A stretch of 63,105 nucleotides of DNA, filler included, from Chiloscyllium plagiosum (taxonomy: Eukaryota), in assembly GCF_004010195.1 (NCBI RefSeq). It is 3 parts of one record of this genome, joined end to end, with 100 filler letters (N's around TTAATTAATTAA, not from the genome) between each part and the next. Parts side by side here need not be neighbours in the genome. Positions count along the whole stretch, not along the records: positions 1 to 17,878 come from NC_057710.1; positions 17,979 to 48,585 come from NC_057710.1; 1 more part is not named here. One strand, written 5' to 3'. Below are positions 12,962 through 24,150 of this stretch, one piece after another. The stretch's first letter is position 1. The number at the start of each line of letters is the position of its first letter. Below the pieces are notes generated by a model that searched no databases, was not told where the DNA came from, and saw only the letters and a program-made list of their open reading frames with translations. Position numbers and translations under genes: made by a program.

Positions 12962-13260
12962 AGGGCGGTACGATGGCTCAGTGGTTAGCTCTTCTGCCTC
13001 ACAGTACCAGGGGTTCGATTCTGCCCTTGGACAGCTGACTGTGCGGAGTTTGCGTATTCTCCCTGCGTCTGTGTGGGTTTTCCCCAGGTGCTCTGGTTTC
13101 CTCTCACAGTCCAAAGATCTGCAGGCTCGGTGGGTTAGCCATGGGGGATGCAGGATACAGGGAGAGGACTGTGGGGAGGGGCGGGTGGGATGCTCCTCAG
13201 AGGGTCGGCGTGGACTTGATGGGCTAAATGGCCTACTTCCTCGCTGTAAGGAATTCTATT
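12962..13260 (+). mobile_element. Older V-SINE copy
   Basis: TGGCTCAGTGG, GGTTCGATTC, V-domain. Confidence 0.8.
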
Positions 13261-13275
13261 AAGACCTGATTAGAA

Positions 13276-13618
13276 ATTTAGAATTAGAATCCTTAAGGTG
13301 TGGAAACAGGCCCTTCGGCCCAACAAGTCCACAATAACCCTCCGAAGAGTAACCCACCCAAACGCATTCCCCCTTACTTTACATTTACTCCTGACTAATT
13401 TACCTAACTTACACATCCCTGAACACTACGGGCAATTTAGCATGGCCAATCCACCCTAACCCGCACATCTTTGGACTGTGGGAGGAAACCGGAGCACCTG
13501 GAGGAAACCCACGCAGACACGGGGAGAATGTGCAAACTCCACACAGGCAGTCACCCGAGGGTGGAATCGAACCCAGGTCCCTGGTGCTGTGAGGCAGCAG
13601 TGCTAACTGCTGAGCCAT
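13276..13618 (-). mobile_element. HE1/V-SINE-type SINE
   Basis: Same family in reverse orientation. Confidence 0.88.
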
Positions 13619-14206
13619 AGTTACCATTCAATTATAACCAATGGTCATAAAATCCTACTTGGCTCACTCATGCTTTTTACTGCATGTGTATAACCCCTGA
13701 CCCACAACAATGTGGTTGGCTCTGACCTGCCCTCTGAAATGGCCTCACAAACCACTCAGTTCAGGGGCAACTCGGGATAGGCAGCAAATGCTGCAGTATT
13801 CCTAGCCTTTGACCTGCTCTTGTAGCCAGTGCGTTTATGTGACGAGTCCAATTGAGTTTCTGGCCAGTGGTCACCCCTGGGATGTTGATCATGGGGAATT
13901 CAGTGATGATAACGTCATGGAATGTTAAGGAGTGCTTGGATTGTCTCTTATGGGATGGAGATGGTCATCACCTCATGTGTGTGAGAGAGAGCTGGAAGAT
14001 GCATTGAGGGCGCTGTGTGCTGGAAGTGGAGGCACAGAAAAAACAAAGGAATTTGAGGAGGCTGTTCGGTCCCTCAAACCTGCTCCACCATTGAATTTGA
14101 TCATCGAGGAGTAATTACTTCACCATCACTTTCATGAGCTATCTCCATATCCTTTGATGTCCAGACATCTAACATGCTTTGTCCTAAGCATCAATGATTA
14201 AAGAGA

Positions 14207-14905
14207 AGGCAATAGCACAGTGGTATTAACACTGGGTTATTAAGCTGGAAACCCTGATAATGCCATTACCTTTGAACCCATATCTCCTCAGCCCTCTGTG
14301 GGAAGTAGCACCCGTACAAACTGCTCGGGTCATGCCCTCCAACCTTTCAGCTCAGCACCGTCCTCATGACCCGCCCATCCGTTCATCTTCCTTCCCACCT
14401 ATCTGCTCCACATCTCCCCTCTGACCTATCACCTTTACCCCCACCTCCATCCACCTATTGCACTCCGGGCTACCTTCTCCCCAGCCCCACCCCCCCTCCC
14501 ATTTATCTCTCCACCCCCACCAAGACTCCCGGCCTTATTCCTGCTCCTCGGATGCTGCTGCACTTTTCCAACACCACACTCTTAACTCTAATCTCCAGCA
14601 TCTGCAGTCCTCGCTTTCGCCTAATGTTCCAGGGACCCCAGGTTCAAACCCCACCATGGCAGTTGGTGGAATTTAAATTCAATTAAAATCTAGAATTAAG
14701 TGTCTAATGACAACCATTGTTGGAAAAACTCCATCTGGGTCACTAATGTCCTTTGGGGAAGGAAACTGCCATCCTTACCTGGTCTGGCCTACACGTGACT
14801 CCAGACCCACAGCAAAGCTGGTGACTCTCAACTAGCCTCTGGCTAACTAGGGCTGGGCAATAAATACTGGCCTAGCCAGAAACATCTACATCCTGTGATT
14901 GATTA
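14207..14905 (+). mobile_element. Second tRNA-like SINE family, interrupted by a Penelope 3' UTR fragment (~14335-14620)
   Basis: ggttcaaaccccaccatggcag...ggtcactaatgtcctttggggaaggaaactgcc...ggcaataaatactggcc. Related copies at 49335-49640 and 55200-55535 (+), 45895-46228 and 30405-30645 (-). Confidence 0.7.
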
Positions 14906-17081
14906 TAAAAGATTGAGATCCTGCTGCTCTGTGGGCCAGAGGATTCCAAAGTTCCACCATCCTCTGAATAAAGAAACCCCATTCTGAAAGGACCTGCCTC
15001 TTATTCTGAGATAGTGTCCCTGGATCTAGACGTCAGACTCACGGCAAGTGTTCTTTCTGCATCCATCCACGAAAACTCAAAGAATTTCAGATGTTCCCAA
15101 GAAATTGTCCTTCATTTGTCTAACCCCCTGAGAAGCGGGAGACAAGTCTCCTCAATCCCTCTCTGAAAGGAAAGTTCCACTATCCCAGGAATGTGTTTGG
15201 TGAACCTAACCTGCATTCCCTCTGCATCAGTGGGAGCAGAATTGGAGGATCACAGACTGGTTATGATACAGAAGAAGACCTATCAACCCATCTTACCTGT
15301 ACTGGCTCTGTAAATGAACAATTCACTCAGTGCTCGTCTCCTGCCTTCTCCCTGAATTCTGTCTTTTCAATTAACCATCTAGTTCTCATTGTGAAACCTC
15401 CATTAAGCCTTTCCAACCTACCTTCATCATTGAAGATTCTCATCCCTCGGTTACAATTGAGCTGGAGCGAGTGCACCACTGCTCCAGTTCCACGACCCTA
15501 TCAATTGTAACATTAAACAAAAAAATTTTTACTCAAGTGCTCTCTCGATACGAGACTTAGAATGAAATGATAAATCAATACAATTTCTTTAATAACCACT
15601 AACATATAGATTTACTGTAAATAAACCCTATTCAATAAAGGTCCCAATCTAGCCAACACAGACAATTCCTAATGTGAAAATGTAAATGTTTATATTCTGA
15701 AATAACCCAATACATTCTGAAACACCATAGATTCTTCAAGACAAATGAAATAAAACATTATTTCCTCTCTTCAGAGATTTAAAAATAAAACACTTTCTGG
15801 CCAATGGAGACTTTCCTTGGTGGTAGAAAAGGAGAAGGATTTGTGATGGTAACACTATTGAACGTCAAGGGGGCGATGGTTAGATTCTCTCCCTTGGTCA
15901 GATGCTAATTGCCTGTGCATAACAAATACTACCTGGTGTCACTGAACCATGGGGGTTTACAGTTCAGGAGGCCATTCAACCCACCCTGTCTGTTCTGGCT
16001 CCTGAAAGAGTGACCCAGACAATCCCACTCTCCATCCTTATCTCTATAGCCCTCCAACTTCATCCCATTCTAATGTAATCCAAGGGATTCTGGGTATTCC
16101 AAGATGGAGGATGGGAAAAATTTGTAGCTGTAAGAGCTGCTCCTTTTTTGAGGTATTTTAGATGCTGGAGGTGATTTCCTCGAATTCCAGGAGCAGCAAT
16201 TACTGTTTTATATGCTGTTGCATTGTTTTGGAACTTTGGAGAAAAAAAAAGTCAAAACAGGCACATATAAAAGGGAGAGGAACAGACAAAGGCAACACAT
16301 GGTCTGTGCAGGAGAGACAGAGAGAGAGAAACCCACACTGCTAACTGACACAGCAGTGAACCTGTGCAGTTACTGCCTTTGCTGTTTGAATTCATGTATC
16401 GCTGAACTTCAGAGTGAATCCAGGCAAACGAAACAAACAGTGAAATTCACAACTGATCTTGGAGGAACCTGTTTGGGAAAGGTCACAGCACAGAAACAGA
16501 TAAGTGAATAGTTTTAAGTATACCCTTGCTGTCAATCTACAGTAGTGAGGAGAGTGGGTTCTTTCTTAATTATATGTTTTAATTGGGATCTGCCTCTTGA
16601 TTTAACTTTTAAAAATAGAAGCCATAAGTATTACGTTAGCCAGTGTTTTGTAGAGCAATAAGACAGTGCTACTTTCTGGGTCTGTAGATTGGAAGGACCA
16701 AAATGGCCTTTAGTAGAGTGATATGCTCTTCTTGTCGGATGTGGGAGTTTCGAGAGAGTTTACATGTTACTGAGGATTATATCTGCAATAAATGTCATTG
16801 GGTACGAATCCTGTCAGATCGAATGGATCAGTTGGAGTGACAGTTAGAGGCAATGGGGTATTTACAAGAGCAAGGGGGTGTGATGGCTGGAAGTTATAGA
16901 AAGGGGGAAAAGCCACAGATACAGTCAGGTAGATGGGTTAACTCCGAGAAAGGTAAGAGAGGTAGGACAGGAGTCTTCTGTGGCTATCCCCATTTCAAAC
17001 AAGTATGTTGTTTTGGAAAATGTACCAAGTTAAAAATCACACAACAATTGGGTTATAGTCCAACAGGTTTAATTGGAAGCA

Positions 17082-17116
17082 CACGAGCTTTCGGAGCGAC
17101 GCTCCTTCATCAGGTG
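17082..17116 (-). ncRNA. Minimal type I hammerhead ribozyme motif (mirror copy)
   Basis: cac-CTGATGA-a-ggagc-gtc-gctcc-GAAAG-CTC-gtg. Confidence 0.7.
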
Positions 17117-17125
17117 ATTGACAAT

Positions 17126-17160
17126 CACCTGATGAAGGAGCGTCGCTCCGAAAGCTAGTG
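17126..17160 (+). ncRNA. Minimal type I hammerhead ribozyme motif
   Basis: cac-CTGATGA-a-ggagc-gtc-gctcc-GAAAG-CTA-gtg. Confidence 0.7.
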
Positions 17161-17878
17161 TGCTTCCAATTAATCCTGTTGGACTATAACCTGGTGTAAT
17201 GTGATTTTTAACTTGGTATCCCCAGGACAGATGGTTATATTCTCGCCGGCATCTCCGAATCTTGGAAAATGTAGGGGGTGATGGATTCTCAGGGGAATGT
17301 AGCACGAACAGCCAAGTTTCTGGTATTGAGACTGGCTCTAATGCAATGAAGGGTTTATTGGGTTCCAAGAGATCAATTATGTCAGGAAACTTTCTAGTTA
17401 GAGGCACAGATAGATGTTTCTGTGGCCAGCAGCAAAAAATCAGAATGGTGTGTTGCCTTCCTGGTGCCAAAGGATGTCTCAGAGAGGGTGCAGAATGTTC
17501 TCAAAGGGGCGAGGGACCAGCAGGAAGTCATTGTACACGTTGGAACCAACAACATAGGAAGGGAAAAGGATGAGATTCTGAAGGGAGATTACAGAGAGTT
17601 AGGCAGGAATTTAAAAAGGAGGTCCTCAAGGGTAGTAATATCTGGATTACTCCCAGTGCTACGAGCTAGTGAGGGCAGGAATAGGAGGATAGAGCAGATG
17701 AATGCATGTCTGAGGAGCTGGTGTATGGGAGAATGATTCACATTTTTAGATCATTGGAATCTCTTTTGGGGTAGAAATGACCTGTACAAGAAGGACAGAT
17801 TGCACCTAAATTGGAAGGGGACTAATATACTGGCAGGGAAATTTGCTAGAACTGCTTGGGAGGATTTAAACTAGTAAG

Positions 17879-17978
17879 NNNNNNNNNNNNNNNNNNNNNN
17901 NNNNNNNNNNNNNNNNNNNNNNTTAATTAATTAANNNNNNNNNNNNNNNNNNNNNNNNNNNNNNNNNNNNNNNNNNNN
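17879..17978. other. Scaffold gap with artificial TTAATTAATTAA linker
   Basis: 44 N + TTAATTAATTAA + 44 N. Confidence 0.95.
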
Positions 17979-18250
17979 CTGATCCTGGGGATCTCTCAGT
18001 ACAGGTGTGTGTCTGTCTGTAACTCGCTGATCCCGGGGATTTGTCAGTATGGATGGGTCTGTCTGAATTCACTGATCCTGAGGGTATTTTCCTTTAAGTG
18101 GAATCAGCAGTCTTTCAGGTTCATGTAGTTATTTATGAACTTAATCTGAGGCAAATCTATAAAGGTTTTTGATACAACCGAAACACCAATTCCCTGGCCC
18201 TCTTTACTAAATGAAGTAGCTTAAGGAATTTTTAATATTTTATTTTTAAG

Positions 18251-18370
18251 ATGCCAAGTTGAGAAGAGAGGCAACGTCTGAGCTGGAACCAGAAGCAAAG
18301 CGGACAAAGTTAGCTGGGCCCACCATTACTGAATTAAAAATGCCACCCTATAAACCCAACAACCCTATTG
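18251..18370 (+). CDS. ZNF638: Matrin/ZNF638-family gene, third-last coding exon (phase 1-1)
   Basis: Acceptor ttttaag|, donor G|gtgagt. Encodes AKLRREATSELEPEAKRTKLAGPTITELKMPPYKPNNPI(G), the P(P)Y/FxPNxPxG linker preceding the terminal matrin finger in the MATR3/RBM20/ZNF638 family. Paralog identity is inferred from sequence style and ALMS1 adjacency. Confidence 0.75.
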
Positions 18371-18589
18371 GTGAGTTGTGTACAAGATTGTTGCATGCGC
18401 AGCTTGGATTTATAATTACATTATTAATGTAATTGTTATCTGTGAATCCCAGAATACAATGTTTCCACAGAGACCCACCAGAGTGTCAGGAGTGTTAGCC
18501 TCCTGGGGAAATTACCCTTATTTATCCTGTGTCTTGTTTTCTCCTTTAAGCCACTTTTTATTTTGTGTGTGTTTGGTGTGGTGCGCATG

Positions 18590-18960
18590 CAGAGTGCCTG
18601 TGCGTTGGGCAGGGTGTGTGCATGGTGTACCTGTGTGTTAGGGAGGGTGCGCATGCGGTGTGCCTGTGCGCACAGAATGCTTGTGTGTTAGGGAGGGTGC
18701 GCACACGGTGTGCCTATGCGCACAGAGTGCCTGTGTGTTAGGGAGGGTGCGCACACGGTGTGCCTATGCGCACAGAGTGCCTGTGTGTTAGGGAGGGTGC
18801 GCATGCGGTGTGCCTGTGCGCACAGAATGCTTGTGTGTTAGGGAGGGTGCGCACGCGGTGTGCCTGTGCGCACAGAATGCCTGTGTGTTAGGGAGGGTGC
18901 ACGTGTGGTGTGCCTGTGTGTTGGGCAGGGTGTGCGCGCAGAGTGCCTGTGTATTGGGGG
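18590..18960. repeat. 50-bp minisatellite in ZNF638-like intron
   Basis: gggagggtgc recurs at 18641, 18691, 18741, 18791, 18841 and 18891. Confidence 0.9.
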
Positions 18961-19081
18961 TGACTGCCAGATTTGCAGTGTGGGAAGAGATCGAGTGCGT
19001 GAGACTGTGATGAGTGACGGGTTTTGAGATGAATGTTCGGAACATTTCAGATCACTGCTGACCTGTGTTCTGACTCTGCAG

Positions 19082-19203
19082 GTGTTGAGTTCATTGTTCC
19101 AAAGACCGGATATTTCTGTCAGATTTGTTCTTTGTTCTACACGAATGAAGACACGGCCAAGGTGACTCACTGTGGCACTGTGTTGCACTACAAGAATATG
19201 GAG
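19082..19203 (+). CDS. ZNF638: Matrin-type (U1-like) C2H2 zinc finger exon
   Basis: ctgcag|...GAG|gtaagt. Encodes GVEFIVPKTGYFCQICSLFYTNEDTAKVTHCGTVLHYKNME. Family assignment is strong, paralog assignment less so. Confidence 0.85.
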
Positions 19204-19444
19204 GTAAGTATTTCACTGTAGTCAGGAATGCTGAACTGCAGGCCTGCTTATTAGTCAACAGCATTCCTGAGGAAGCATTACCAAAACTCAACTCCGGCTG
19301 CATCCTATTTTGTGGATCTGGTGAGGCTGCTACTGAATGGAGTGGATTCAGTAAGGTTTAAATGCTGGAATAATCTATATTTGGTTGTGATTGGATAGTG
19401 CTTTTCATTGGTGGTTTAGAGTGGGGACTAAGTGTGTCAAATGA

Positions 19445-20320
19445 CACACATGAGTGGCAAAGTGTGCAGAGGACATTATAAGTCTGCAGAGGGATAGAGG
19501 GAGGTTCAGTGAGTGGGCAAGGGTCTGGCAGATGGAGTACAACGTTGGTAAATGTGAGATTATCCATTTTGATTGGATTAACAGCAACATGGACAATATT
19601 TCAGTGGTGAAAAGTTGCAACATGCTGCTGTGCAGAGAGACCTGGATGTCCTTGTGCAGGAATCACAAAAAGTTGGTTTGCAAGTGCAGCAGGTAATTAA
19701 GAAGTCAAATGGAAAATAATCCTTCATTATTAGAGGGATGGAGTTTAAAAATAGGAAGATTATACTGCAGCTGTGTAGGGTGCTGCTGGTGAGGCCACAG
19801 CGTGTGTACAGTTTTGAGAAAGGATGTAATGGCACCTGACGGGGTGCAGAGGAGGTTCACTTGGATTTGAGGGGATTGGCTTATGAGGAGAGATTGAGTA
19901 GGCTGGGATTACATTCATTGGAATTTAGAAGAATGAGAGGGGTCTTCTAGAAACATATAAAATTATCAAGGAACTAAATTGGCCAGAAGCAAAGAGGTTG
20001 TTTCCACTGGTGGGTGAAACCAGAACTAGAGGACATAGCTTCAAAATAAGGGGGAGCAGATTTAGGACTGAGTTGAGGAGAAACATCTTCACCCAAAAGG
20101 TGGTTGATCTGTAGAATTCTTTGCCCATCCGTGAAGCAGTTGAGGCTACCTTGTTGAATGTTTTTATGGCAAAGATTTTTGAACAGGAAATTAAAGGTTA
20201 TGCTGAGAGGGCGGAGAAGTGGAACAGAATCGATGAAAAGATCAGCACTGATCTTATTGAATGGCAGAGCAAGCTGTCCGGGTCAGATAGCCTACTCCTC
20301 CTATTTCTTATGTTCTTAAT
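19445..20320 (+). mobile_element. Degraded CR1 3' fragment
   Basis: WARVWQMEYNVGKCEIIHF, then the CR1 3' end. Confidence 0.8.
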
Positions 20321-20777
20321 GCCAAGAGCAGTGTGTTGGGAATCTCATAAGTGAAAAGTCAGTCCCGTGATCCACCTTAGTGCTGGGAAGCCTTTCAAGA
20401 CCATTCTTTCTGAATAAGAAGCATACTGTCCGCTTGTGTCAAACATTTGTTGTTTGGAGGGCAAAGGAATAGAGCTGTATGTAGATGATCATTGGGGCTG
20501 TAATCGGTGAGGGAGCCGTGCTGTGATTTGTCCATCAGAGTTCAATTGATTAAGGTATTCTCTGTTTATAGAATGTCTCTGCACATAGCAAGCGCTTTTT
20601 TGAAAAGTGATGAATCTGTAAGCAGCTAAATGTCTGCAGGTTACAGCTAAATGACTATGATGTGCTGGGTCACCACATAGGCAACAGTAAACTTTAAACA
20701 AAAAGATTTTCAAAAGGTTCACTGATCTCTGCAAGAGAAATGAACACTAAACATAAAACGTACGCATTAATTTACAG

Positions 20778-20846
20778 AAATATGTGACACAGCGACAAGA
20801 AGAGCTCCGAAAGCAGCAGGAACGCATGGCCAAGCAGGAGAAGTGA
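20778..20846 (+). CDS. ZNF638: Terminal coding exon of the matrin-finger gene
   Basis: tttacag| phase 0, matching the previous exon. Encodes KYVTQRQEELRKQQERMAKQEK*, followed by an AT-rich 3' UTR. Confidence 0.8.
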   Translation, partial: KYVTQRQEELRKQQERMAKQEK

Positions 20847-21064
20847 CGTGAGCCATACCCACCCAGCACTGACTTCAGTCAAAGTATATTTTGGGTCCAA
20901 GTGTTCCCTTTCTCTTAATTTACTGGTTTAACTAGATGGTTACAACATTGTACAAATGATCTTTCCACGCTGTAACGATTATGGAAACTTGTTTTCAGGT
21001 TAGTATTGTTGTCTTGTGTTTTTACATAAATTGTTGTAACAATTGGCGATTCTGTTATAAATCA

Positions 21065-21070
21065 ATTAAA
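21065..21070 (+). terminator. Candidate polyadenylation signal (ATTAAA) of ZNF638-like gene
   Basis: ATTAAA ~220 nt after the stop, followed by GT/T-rich sequence. Confidence 0.35.
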
Positions 21071-21409
21071 CACAATTATGTTCTAGTGAAAGTGTTTGCT
21101 TTAAATTCTTTCACAATCTTATTTTGTTTCGTGCAACTATGTAGACTGTTCCAATTTCTCACCATGCACAGTTTGACTTTGGCAGTTTCTGACGATTCAG
21201 TGGCTGTGAACAGTCTTTGACCATGTACAGTGTGCCTGTATGGATAATCTCTGACTGTCAACATTGACTGTATGGACAGTCTCTGGTTGTGTGTAGTGTG
21301 ACATTACAGTCTCTGACCATAAACACTGATTATCTGGGCAGTCTTTTACCATGTGGGGTGTGACTCTGACTATGCAGTGTAAAAGTGAACCCTGACATTC
21401 ATTGGCATT

Positions 21410-22450
21410 GCCAGTCAGGAGTGTGATGGAATGCTTCCCAGTTGACTGGATGAGTGCAATCAAGGACAATGCAGTCCATTTGATTGACACCACATCCAGT
21501 AACATCCATTCTGTTTACCAGAGATGTTGGTAACAGCACCTTCCAAACCCAAGGACAAGAGCATCAGATTCAAACTTGCCCTTCAAACACTCACTGTCAT
21601 GAGTCTGAAATATCAGTGTTCCTTCACTGTTGCTGGTGTCAGAATCCTGGAACACACTAATGACGCTTTGAGTGTTCATACAGAAGGCAGCTCACCACTG
21701 CCATCTCCAGGCTAATCAGGGATAGTAACTAAATGTTGCCCTTGCCAGTGACACCCTCTTCCTGTGAATGAAAATGAACATTTATGTAAATGACTTGGAA
21801 AAAGAATCAAAGGTATGACTGTTAAAATTGTTGACAATACAAAGTAGGAAAATAAGTTGTGATGAGGACATAAGGAGGTCACAAAGGGATATGGGTGGGT
21901 TAAGTGAATGGGGGCATTAAATACAAGAGGTTATGCTTCAATTATACAAGGCATTGGTGAGACCACATCTGGATACTGTTTTTTAATATCGGTCTTTTTA
22001 TTTAAGAAAGAATGTGAATGTATTGGAAGCAGATCAGAGATGGTTTACTAGTCTGATACCAGGGACAGCGAGTTGTCTGTTCTGACAAACTTCGAGATTG
22101 GAAGATAAAAAAGCAAATTGATTGAAACATATTAGATCCTGAGGCATCTTAAGGATGGGTGTGAAAGTTGTTTCCCTCGTGGGTGAATGTAAAAGTAGGG
22201 GTCACTTTAAAAGTGAGGTTTCTCGTTTAAGACAGATGAATTCTTTTCTTTCAGACTTATTCATCTTTGGTGTTCCTCAAAAGATGGTAGACTCAGAGTC
22301 TTCGAAGTTTGTTTTTAAGATGGAGCTGGCTAGATTCTTGATGAGCGAGGGGGTGAAAGGTTGTTGAGGGGTTTGGCAGCAACATGGAGCAATTATCTGA
22401 CCTGAATGGTGGACTCAGTCCCTGAGTGGCCCTGCTGCTCCTAATTCCTG
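21410..22450 (+). mobile_element. Degraded LINE fragments (CR1/L2-group)
   Basis: Similarity to 62230-62950 and to other CR1 3' ends in the window. Confidence 0.6.
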
Positions 22451-22469
22451 TATACGTTGGCTAAGAAAG

Positions 22470-22620
22470 TACATAGGAACCTTGATTATCCATCATTCGA
22501 TTATCCAGATTTCTGATGATCCAAACACGTTTGCTTGGCTAAACTATGTTATCCGGCATTCAATTACCCGAACAAAATACTCCCCACCTGTGTCCTTCGG
22601 ATAATCGAGGTTCCTCTGTA
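22470..22620. mobile_element. Tc1/mariner-pogo (Tigger-like) MITE
   Basis: TIRs tacataggaaccttgattatcc / ggataatcgaggttcctctgta with flanking TA. Confidence 0.6.
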
Positions 22621-22649
22621 TACCATCTTACCCACCAATACTTTCAATT

Positions 22650-24150
22650 TACTCGTGCAATGTGGCCATCACAAGCTGGGCCCAGCATTTATTATACGTC
22701 CCTAGTTGGCTTTGAGAAGGCGGGGGTGAGCTGCCTCCTTGAACTGCTGCAATCCATGTTTTGCAGGATGACTCAATGCTCTTAAGAGAGCGAATTGCAG
22801 GATTCTGATCCAGTGTCAGTGAAGGAACGGTGATATATTTCCAAGTCAGGATGATGAGTGGCTGGGAGGGGAACCTGCAGGGGGTGATGTTCCCATGTAT
22901 CTGCTGCACTTGGCCTTCTAAGTGGAAATAGTTGTGGGTTTGGAAGGTGCTTTCTGAGGATCTTTGGTGAATTTCTGCAGGGCATCTTGTAGATAGTACA
23001 CACTGCTGTACTGTGCGTCAGTAGGGAAAGAGTGGATACAAAGAACTAAGAAAATTTACAGCCCAGGAACAGCCTTCAGCCCTCAAAGCCTGAGCCAATC
23101 CAAATCTACAGTCTAAAGCTATCACCCAATTCCTAAGCATCTGTATCTCTCTGCTCCCCACCTGCTCATGCATGCGTCCAGACGCATCTTAAATGAATCT
23201 ACCATGCTTGCCCCTACCACCTCTGCTGGCAACGCGTTCCAGAGGCCCACCACCCTCTGTACAGTACTTTCAGCGTGTATCCCCCTTAAACTTTTCACCT
23301 CTCACCTTGAAAGTGTGACCTCTCGCTATTGAATCCTTCACCCTGGGAAAAAGCGTGTCTCTATCCACCCTGTCTATACCCTTCATGATTTTTCAGACCT
23401 CAAACAGGTCCACCCTCAACCTATCTTCATAGCTAGCACCTTCCACACCAGGCAACATCCTCGTAAACCATCTCTGCACTCTCTCCAAAGCATCCACATC
23501 CTTTTGGTAATGTGGCGACCAGAACTGTACACAGTATTCTAAATGCGACTGAATCAATGTCTTGTACAATTTTAACGTGACCTGCCAGCTCTTACACTCA
23601 ATACCCCGTCCAATGAAGGCAAGCATACTATATGCCTTCTTGACTACTCTATTCACCTGTGCAGCAACCTTCATGGTACAATGGACCTGAACTCCCAGAT
23701 CTCTCTGCTCATCAACTTTTCCCAAGGCTGTTCCGTTCACTGTATAATTCGCTCTAGAATTAGACTTTCCAAAATGCGTCACATCACATTTACCTGGATT
23801 GAACTCCATCTGTCACTTCTCCACCCAACTCTCTCCAGTCTATCTATATTCTCCTGTATTCTTTGACAGTCCCCTATGTTTTCTGCTACTCCACCAATCT
23901 TCGTGTCATATGGATGCAGTACCTGAAAAGGGGGCTGCTTTGTCTTGGATGGTGTCAAGCTTTTTAAGTGTTGTTGGAACTGCAGCCATTCAGGCAAGTT
24001 GGGAGTATTCCATCACCTTCCTCACTTGTGCCTTGTAGATGGTGGATAGCCTCTGGGGTGTCAGGTGAGTTACACACTGCAGCATTCCTAGTCTCTCACC
24101 TGCTCTTATCACCATTATATTTATTTTGCAAGTGGTCCTGCTCATCAATG
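22650..24150 (-). mobile_element. CR1/L2-group LINE 3' fragment with a younger CR1 (23038-23908) nested inside
   Basis: IYKAQVRKVMEYSQLA outside; MEFNPGKCDVTHFG...[13 protein letters not shown] inside. Confidence 0.8.

Larger units (their letters stand above)
17025..17261. mobile_element. Palindromic Penelope-derived insertion with two opposed hammerhead motifs, 12-bp TSD
   Basis: Inverted arms 17023-17120 / 17122-17218. TSD ttggaaaatgta at 17013-17024 and 17262-17273. Confidence 0.85.
16098..17878 (+). mobile_element. CR1 LINE 5' end: 5' UTR and disrupted ORF1 (Cys zinc finger, coiled coil, SGNH esterase-like domain)
   Basis: ATG at 16703: MAFSRVICSSCRMWEF...CNKC. Later VIVHVGTNNIGR, VVISGLLPV, DRLHLNWKG. 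Contains stops and frameshifts and runs into a gap. Confidence 0.85.

Noticed and set aside
20607..20725. Possible intronic C/D box snoRNA (GTGATGA...CTGA)
   Set aside because: No convincing terminal stem or recognisable rRNA/snRNA antisense element; the motifs are short enough to occur by chance.
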